Shown piece after piece: positions 27,359-32,000 of a stretch of DNA of 32,000 nt (position 1 is the first letter of the stretch; the number at the start of each line of letters is the position of its first letter). Location of the stretch: NCBI GenBank assembly GCA_016700015.1, contig CP064995.1, positions 300,001 through 332,000 on the forward strand, in the 5' to 3' direction. This stretch comes from Candidatus Saccharimonadota bacterium. Its GTDB lineage: Bacteria; Patescibacteriota; Saccharimonadia; Saccharimonadales; Saccharimonadaceae. A program made the position numbers and the translations under genes. The notes beneath the pieces were generated by a model that was not told the origin of the DNA, made no database searches, and saw only the letters and a list, made by a program, of their open reading frames with translations.

Positions 27359-27518
27359 GATAAAGGACACTACTTAACGCGATATTCCTACGCATTATAC
27401 AACGCGCAGCGCGTCTACGACTATTTACGTTTCGCGCAGCCGTCATAGCTGCATACCAAACTATCATAGCAAATACCAGAGGTGGTGGCAAGAATAGCAA
27501 AAAACTTACACAAACATA

Positions 27519-27547
27519 TTGACAAAAAACACAGCTTGTGCTATAAT
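27519..27547 (+). promoter_or_regulatory. perfect TTGACA-N17-TATAAT promoter (TGc-extended)
   Basis: TTGACA at 27519..27524 and TATAAT at 27542..27547, with a 17-nt spacer. It shares the 15-mer TTGTGCTATAATGAA with the cassette-1 promoter. Confidence 0.7.
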
Positions 27548-27652
27548 GAAATTATGCAGTCAGGAGTGGGGCACCCGCCCCGCCGAAGACCGCACCTGAA
27601 TAATCCATCGCTACACAACCCGCCCCCCCGGTGGGGCAGAGAGAGGTTCATC

Positions 27653-28318
27653 ATGAACCGTACCGCCAACTTCGTCGGGCTCAACAAGGCCGCCAAGGAC
27701 GCCGCCATCAAGGAGGCCGTCGCCAAGGCCGAGGCCGGCTTCGCCGGCCGTCTGGCCTTCGAGGCCAGCACCAGGGCCAACCGCGCCCTCGTCGCCGACC
27801 AGGCCAAGCGGTCGTCCGCGCTGCGGACGATCCACGCCGGCCCGGCCCGGGCGCTGGTCGAGAAGGCCCTGGCGTTCTACGCCGAGGCGCCGCTGGCCGA
27901 ACGTGGTGAGGTCTCGACGACCATCGTCGTGACCGACCCGGTGACGCGCAAGCGTCACGCCGTCCCGGTGCAGCTCCCCCAGCTCATCACCGTCGACCCA
28001 CGCGAGTGGGCCCGCATGGAGGCGCTCGCTGCCCTCCAGGGGACGCCCGGCCTGGACGCCAAGGCGGTCGATTTCGCGCGCGGGCGGTTCGCCCGGGCGC
28101 TCGACCGCGGTGTCGAGCGGCTTGCGCTGCTCAACGGCGGCGTCGAGGTCCCCGACAAGGACCCGCTGCCCGAGCGCAAGCCGAAGGCCCAGGATGCCGC
28201 GCCGGTCGACAAGCCGGCCGAGCCCGCGAGCGACAAGGACTTCGACGCCAAGGTGGCGAAGTTCCTGAAGGAATCTCCGCAGCCGCGGAGCAAGCGGGCA
28301 GCCGCCCGCGCCTCCTGA
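27653..28318 (+). CDS. orphan high-GC protein, 221 aa, Ala-rich with Lys/Pro/Asp-rich tail (cassette 3)
   Basis: Met58 of track ORF 27482..28318, preceded by GAGAGG-N6. From this codon onward almost every codon ends in G/C. Sample line 27721..27780 is 45/60 G+C. An in-frame ATG at 27554 lies 6 nt after the -10 box and is an alternative leaderless start. Confidence 0.75.
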   Translation: MNRTANFVGLNKAAKDAAIKEAVAKAEAGFAGRLAFEASTRANRALVADQAKRSSALRTIHAGPARALVEKALAFYAEAPLAERGEVSTTIVVTDPVTRKRHAVPVQLPQLITVDPREWARMEALAALQGTPGLDAKAVDFARGRFARALDRGVERLALLNGGVEVPDKDPLPERKPKAQDAAPVDKPAEPASDKDFDAKVAKFLKESPQPRSKRAAARAS

Positions 28319-28325
28319 TCCCTCC

Positions 28326-28439
28326 TCTCACCTGAGCCCTTCGGGGCAAAGGTGAGATACAAGTAGCGGTGGAATCCCGGGGCGGCGACGAGTTAGTATG
28401 AGGTACCCAGTCCTCAGCAAACACCGTCGTCGCCCTGGG
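28326..28439 (+). other. two stable GC-rich hairpins in the cassette-3 3' region (possible structured RNA or imported terminators)
   Basis: Hairpin 1 (28326..28357): TCTCACCT/AGGTGAGA enclosing GCCC-TTCG-GGGC. Hairpin 2: a 15-bp stem, CCCGGGGCGGCGACG (28376..28390) with CGTCGTCGCCCTGGG (28425..28439), two G-U pairs, and an apical TGAGG/CCTCA helix. Confidence 0.5.
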
Positions 28440-28462
28440 TAACACCCATCTTCCCGACAGTT

Positions 28463-28485
28463 CACCCCAGCAAGGGGTGTTTTTA
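28463..28485 (+). terminator. rho-independent terminator
   Basis: CACCCC-AGCAA-GGGGTG followed by TTTTTATTT. Confidence 0.75.
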
Positions 28486-28507
28486 TTTGCTATAATAGCC
28501 TATACCA

Positions 28508-29125
28508 ATGGCACACTTTTACCTAGTACGGCACGCTGAATCGGTTGCCAACACGCACCCCGAACGTGTGGGAGGTCGCTCGAATCACTCGCCACTAACC
28601 GAGCGCGGCAAAGCGCAGGCCAGGCAGCTCGGTAAATTTGTGCGCGAATACGACATTCAGTACGACAGAGTACTTAGTTCACCAGCAAAACGGACGCTTG
28701 CAACCGCAAAGTATGCCTTCAACCGCACGGGACGCGACATTATTGTGCTTAACAAACTACAAGAAATATCACAAGGTATCGCCGAAGGCATGCCGCGAGT
28801 TGAAGTCTACACCCCTGAGGTACTAGCAATGATCGAGAAAAAGGGGCGCGACTTTGCTATGCCAGGCGGCGAATCGACCCGACAAGTGGGAGCGCGTATG
28901 CTGAAGTGTTTGTCGCGGGTTGCCGACTGGGCGAGTGACGAAGTGCCGCATATGGTAGTGACCCACGGTACGGCAATCAAAAGCTTGGTGGCCGAGCTCG
29001 AGGACCGCTCGCAGCAGTGGATATATGCGGCTCCCATGCCAAATGCTTCGCTGACACACGTGGAAATACGCGGACTAGAGGGCGTAGTACATGACTACGC
29101 ACGGGACACGCAGCGCGATGACTGA
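28508..29125 (+). CDS. histidine phosphatase family protein (phosphoglycerate mutase-like)
   Basis: N-terminal catalytic motif (YLVRHAESVAN) and a later VVTHG segment. TGcTATAAT at 28488..28496 lies 11 nt upstream of the ATG and there is no SD. Confidence 0.85.
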   Translation: MAHFYLVRHAESVANTHPERVGGRSNHSPLTERGKAQARQLGKFVREYDIQYDRVLSSPAKRTLATAKYAFNRTGRDIIVLNKLQEISQGIAEGMPRVEVYTPEVLAMIEKKGRDFAMPGGESTRQVGARMLKCLSRVADWASDEVPHMVVTHGTAIKSLVAELEDRSQQWIYAAPMPNASLTHVEIRGLEGVVHDYARDTQRDD

Positions 29126-29651
29126 GCTTGCCGATACGCGTAATGTCGTCGACAACTACAAGGGAATGCCCCTAGACGATATTGTGACTGATCTTGACCG
29201 GCAGGATAGTGGACTCGAAATTGCCGTAGAAAATCTGGAGCGCGATTTCAACATGGGAACGATTGTCCGTACGGCGAACGCTTTTGGGGTGCGGCATGTG
29301 CATGTGATAGGCCGTCGCCAATGGAATAAGCGCGGCGCCATGATGACCGACAAATACCTGCATGTGCACCACTACGCCTCGGCCGAGGCGTTTATGGCAG
29401 CAATTGCAGCTAAACCACTAATCGCAGTGGACAACATTGAAGGATCGATACCGCTTAGCCAGGTAGCGCTGCCAATGTCATGCGTACTACTGTTTGGCGC
29501 CGAGGGGCCGGGGATTAGCGCTAAACTTGCTAGCCAAGCAAGCCAGATTGTGGCGATCGAACAATATGGTAGCACCCGTAGTATTAACGTGGGCGTGGCC
29601 GCGGGCATTGCTATGTACGCCTGGCTGCAACAGCATAGATTGCGAACATAG
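29091..29651 (+). CDS. SpoU/TrmH-family RNA 2'-O-methyltransferase
   Basis: SPOUT motifs: NMGTIVRTANAFG, LLFGAEGPGIS and GSTRSINVGVAAGIAMY. GAGGG lies 8 nt upstream. It overlaps the previous gene by 35 nt; an alternative ATG is at 29118. Confidence 0.82.
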   Translation: MTTHGTRSAMTELADTRNVVDNYKGMPLDDIVTDLDRQDSGLEIAVENLERDFNMGTIVRTANAFGVRHVHVIGRRQWNKRGAMMTDKYLHVHHYASAEAFMAAIAAKPLIAVDNIEGSIPLSQVALPMSCVLLFGAEGPGISAKLASQASQIVAIEQYGSTRSINVGVAAGIAMYAWLQQHRLRT

Positions 29652-29698
29652 CTTTATATATGCCTATGCTTGCAACAAAAGCAAAATAGTGAGACAAT

Positions 29699-31048
29699 AT
29701 GTCTACTATGAGTTCACTCAGTAGTGATCCCTATAAAGGTGCCCGCGACTGGTACCCAGAAGACATGCGGCTTCGCAGTTACATATTTGCTGTATGGCAT
29801 AAAATTGCTCGTAGCTATGGCTACGAAGTGTACGACACACCACTGCTTGAGCCTGTCGATGTGTATGCCGCCAAAAGTGGGCAGGAGCTTGTGAACGAAC
29901 AGACCTATCAATTTGTCGACAGGGGTGAGCGACGGGTGGCAATTCGACCGGAAATGACACCAAGTGTTAGTCGCATGATAGCTGCGCGTCGCCAGGAAGT
30001 GGCGCTGCCGGCCCGGTGGTATAACATCGGTCGGTTCTTACGTTACGAACGACCACAAAGGGGCAGGGAGCGCGAGTTTTGGCAGCTTAACTGCGATATA
30101 TTCGGCTGCGATGGCGTGGCGGCAGAAGCCGAAATCATCACAATGGGCAGCGAAATCATGAAAGCGTTTGGCGCCAAAGACGACATGTTCACTATTCGTA
30201 TTAATAACCGAAGTATCATCGACTATATGATGGCGCATTACCTGGGGCTGGACACCGTGCAGGCGCAGCTGATGATGAAACTGTTTGATCGGAAAAACAA
30301 GATTGCACCCGAATCGTTTCGCGATCAAGCGATTGATATTTTTGGTCCCGAACAAGCTGCAGGTGGGCTGCAAAAAATAGCTCAGTTACTTGCCGCTCGA
30401 ACGATGGCAGATCTACCCGAAAGTATCCGTGATAGCGAGCCGGTGCGCGATATTCAGGTGCTCTTTACCTACCTTGAGCGTGCCGGCATAAAAAACGCTG
30501 TCTTTGATATCACACTGATGCGCGGCCTGGACTACTACACTGGAACAGTGTTTGAGTTTTATGACACCCATCCCGAGAACAGTCGCTCATTGTTTGGCGG
30601 TGGTCGCTACGACGGTCTTGTGGGGCTATTTGGTGCCGAGCCGCTTAGTGCTGTAGGATTTGCTCCAGGGCTCACGATGATGCAGCTATTCCTTGATGCG
30701 CATGATTTGCTGCCAACATTTCACTCGACGACCGATATTTATATGGTTGTGATCGGCGAAACAATGCGTGGCGCTATGCGACTTGCCGATGAGCTACGTG
30801 CCGAAGGTGTCAATGTAGAACTCGACATCACTGATCGAAAACTTGATAAACAGCTAAAAACCGCAGCCAAGAAGGCTATTCCCTACATGCTATTTGTTGG
30901 TGAAAAGGAACTAGACAGCGAAGTATACCCGCTGAAAAATACCATCAGTGGCGAAGAAAAGCAGCTCAGCGTTGCTAGGATTGTCAGTACAATTCGAGAC
31001 CATCGCCAGCGTGGTGAAGAAGAGTTCGACATCGCGTCGGAAGAGTAA
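29699..31048 (+). CDS. hisS: histidine--tRNA ligase
   Basis: Class II motifs: RPEMTPS, FLRYERPQRGREREFWQ and GGGRYDGL. A C-terminal anticodon-binding domain is present. Confidence 0.92.
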   Translation: MSTMSSLSSDPYKGARDWYPEDMRLRSYIFAVWHKIARSYGYEVYDTPLLEPVDVYAAKSGQELVNEQTYQFVDRGERRVAIRPEMTPSVSRMIAARRQEVALPARWYNIGRFLRYERPQRGREREFWQLNCDIFGCDGVAAEAEIITMGSEIMKAFGAKDDMFTIRINNRSIIDYMMAHYLGLDTVQAQLMMKLFDRKNKIAPESFRDQAIDIFGPEQAAGGLQKIAQLLAARTMADLPESIRDSEPVRDIQVLFTYLERAGIKNAVFDITLMRGLDYYTGTVFEFYDTHPENSRSLFGGGRYDGLVGLFGAEPLSAVGFAPGLTMMQLFLDAHDLLPTFHSTTDIYMVVIGETMRGAMRLADELRAEGVNVELDITDRKLDKQLKTAAKKAIPYMLFVGEKELDSEVYPLKNTISGEEKQLSVARIVSTIRDHRQRGEEEFDIASEE

Positions 31049-31062
31049 GCTGCTTACGGCTA

Positions 31063-31091
31063 TTGACCCTAGCAAGGGGATTTGCCATAGT
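31063..31091 (+). promoter_or_regulatory. sigma70-type promoter TTGACC-N17-CATAGT, leaderless geometry
   Basis: TTGACC at 31063..31068 and CATAGT at 31086..31091, with 8 nt to the pilin ATG at 31100 and no SD. Confidence 0.5.
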
Positions 31092-31099
31092 AGAGCTAT

Positions 31100-31705
31100 A
31101 TGCGCATAGCTCAAAAAGGTTTCACACTTATCGAACTACTGGTGGTAATTGTAGTGATTGCGGTACTCGTGGCGGTGACCGCAACAATGTATCAGAATGC
31201 ACAGGTGCAAGCACGCGACACGCAGATCAAAGATGCTGCCGATAAGTTTGCTGATGCGATAATGCTATGGAGCGCAAATCATAACGGAGCAATACCTAGC
31301 GGCGGCTCGGCAACCGCAGGCACTAATGGTCTAAATGCGCAGAGTGATAACTGTATTACTGGTACGATAGGGTGGCAAGGTTACCGCGTCATTGATATCG
31401 CTGCCACGTATCAGTGTACGATCGGAGATGTGATGGTCGCCTCAGGGTACCTACCAGCAGAAATGTTTGATAAGTTACCGATCAATACAATCGCACTATC
31501 ACTATCAAACCGTCGCGTCTTTATGATTTATGGATGCCCGAGTAATACGTCATACAGAATCCTGATGTATACGCTCGAAGATCCAACAGCTGGGGACACC
31601 AGCAACTACAATCAGATACACACAAATTGCTCAACAAGCGCAGGTGACCTGACTAACTATCAAAACTATGGTATGCGTGCTGCAATTCTACTCAAGTTCG
31701 CCTAG
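31100..31705 (+). CDS. type IV pilin / pseudopilin (prepilin-type N-terminal methylation domain)
   Basis: Short leader and cleavage/methylation motif (MRIAQKG-FTLIELLVVIVVIAVL), followed by a variable globular domain containing Cys residues. Confidence 0.9.
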   Translation: MRIAQKGFTLIELLVVIVVIAVLVAVTATMYQNAQVQARDTQIKDAADKFADAIMLWSANHNGAIPSGGSATAGTNGLNAQSDNCITGTIGWQGYRVIDIAATYQCTIGDVMVASGYLPAEMFDKLPINTIALSLSNRRVFMIYGCPSNTSYRILMYTLEDPTAGDTSNYNQIHTNCSTSAGDLTNYQNYGMRAAILLKFA

Positions 31706-31716
31706 TGGCGTATTAG

Positions 31717-31725
31717 TGGTACAAT
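31717..31725 (+). promoter_or_regulatory. extended -10 promoter TGgTACAAT, leaderless geometry
   Basis: TGGTACAAT at 31717..31725, with 8 nt to the ATG at 31734 and no SD. Confidence 0.55.
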
Positions 31726-31733
31726 AAGTCTTT

Positions 31734-32000
31734 ATGAAGACATCTGTAAAACACTTATCTGATACACGCGTTGTGGTGACTATCACTATTGGACAAGAAG
31801 AGTTAACTGCAGCCGAGCAGGTCGCGCTCAAAAAACTTGCTAAATCAACCAAAGTAGCTGGCTTTCGTAAAGGCCATGTGCCACTCGAGGTTGTGGCGAA
31901 GCATGTCGATCCCAATACTCTTGCACAGGAAACACTCGACAATGCGCTTAGTCGGTCGGTCGCCGAAGCGTTTCTTGGCCAAAACATTCAGGTACTCGAA
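31734..32000 (+). CDS. tig: trigger factor, N-terminal part (runs off the right edge)
   Basis: MKTSVKHLSDTRVVVTITIGQEEL...VAGFRKGHVPLEVV matches the ribosome-binding N-domain signature GFRxGxxP. The frame is open to the window end. Confidence 0.85.
   Translation, partial: MKTSVKHLSDTRVVVTITIGQEELTAAEQVALKKLAKSTKVAGFRKGHVPLEVVAKHVDPNTLAQETLDNALSRSVAEAFLGQNIQVLE

Noticed and set aside
27273-27500. 75-aa minus-strand ORF across the tRNA debris
   Set aside because: It contains the duplicated tRNA 5' fragment, has no SD and overlaps the cassette-3 promoter region. It is most likely noise.
27611-28445. Several overlapping ORFs in cassette 3 (27611..27958-, 27631..27909+, 27955..28362-, 28006..28335+, 28131..28445-)
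   Set aside because: These are Arg/Gly/Pro-rich shadow frames of a very high-GC gene. Only frame 27653..28318 has the G/C third-position bias, SD and promoter.

Overview
Motif-level reading only; no searches were run. The window looks like core chromosome from a small-genome, Gram-positive-type bacterium. Native 60-nt lines sample at about 48% GC. My guess is a Patescibacteria/Saccharibacteria-like lineage, which is inference only. Recognisable housekeeping genes are tgt, queA, nusA, clpC, radA, a PIN/TRAM YacL-like gene, a class A PBP, tyrS, a HAD hydrolase, recG, rsmD, a GlcD-like FAD oxidase, a histidine phosphatase, a SpoU methyltransferase, hisS, a type IV pilin and the start of tig. There are also two tRNA-Leu genes. 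Native promoters are strikingly close to consensus. Many genes appear leaderless, with the -10 box 6-11 nt upstream of the ATG and no Shine-Dalgarno (SD) sequence. The main anomaly is three short, compositionally foreign, high-GC single-gene cassettes at about 6203-6646, 21914-22300 and 27519-28485. Each has a perfect TTGACA-N17-TATAAT promoter, a leader carrying two GCACC(C) copies, an SD, an orphan ORF with G/C-biased third codon positions, and a GC-rich hairpin. One cassette abuts a 999-bp IS481-like element whose terminus supplies most of the cassette's -35 box. Another sits beside tRNA-Leu(CAG) and a scrambled partial copy of that tRNA. None of the three proteins matches a family I recognise. 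Other observations are an ancestral queA-tgt pair split by an opposite-strand 3-gene module, a perfect CDP-alcohol phosphatidyltransferase signature in a protein that does not look membrane-embedded, and a 28-codon coupled micro-ORF.
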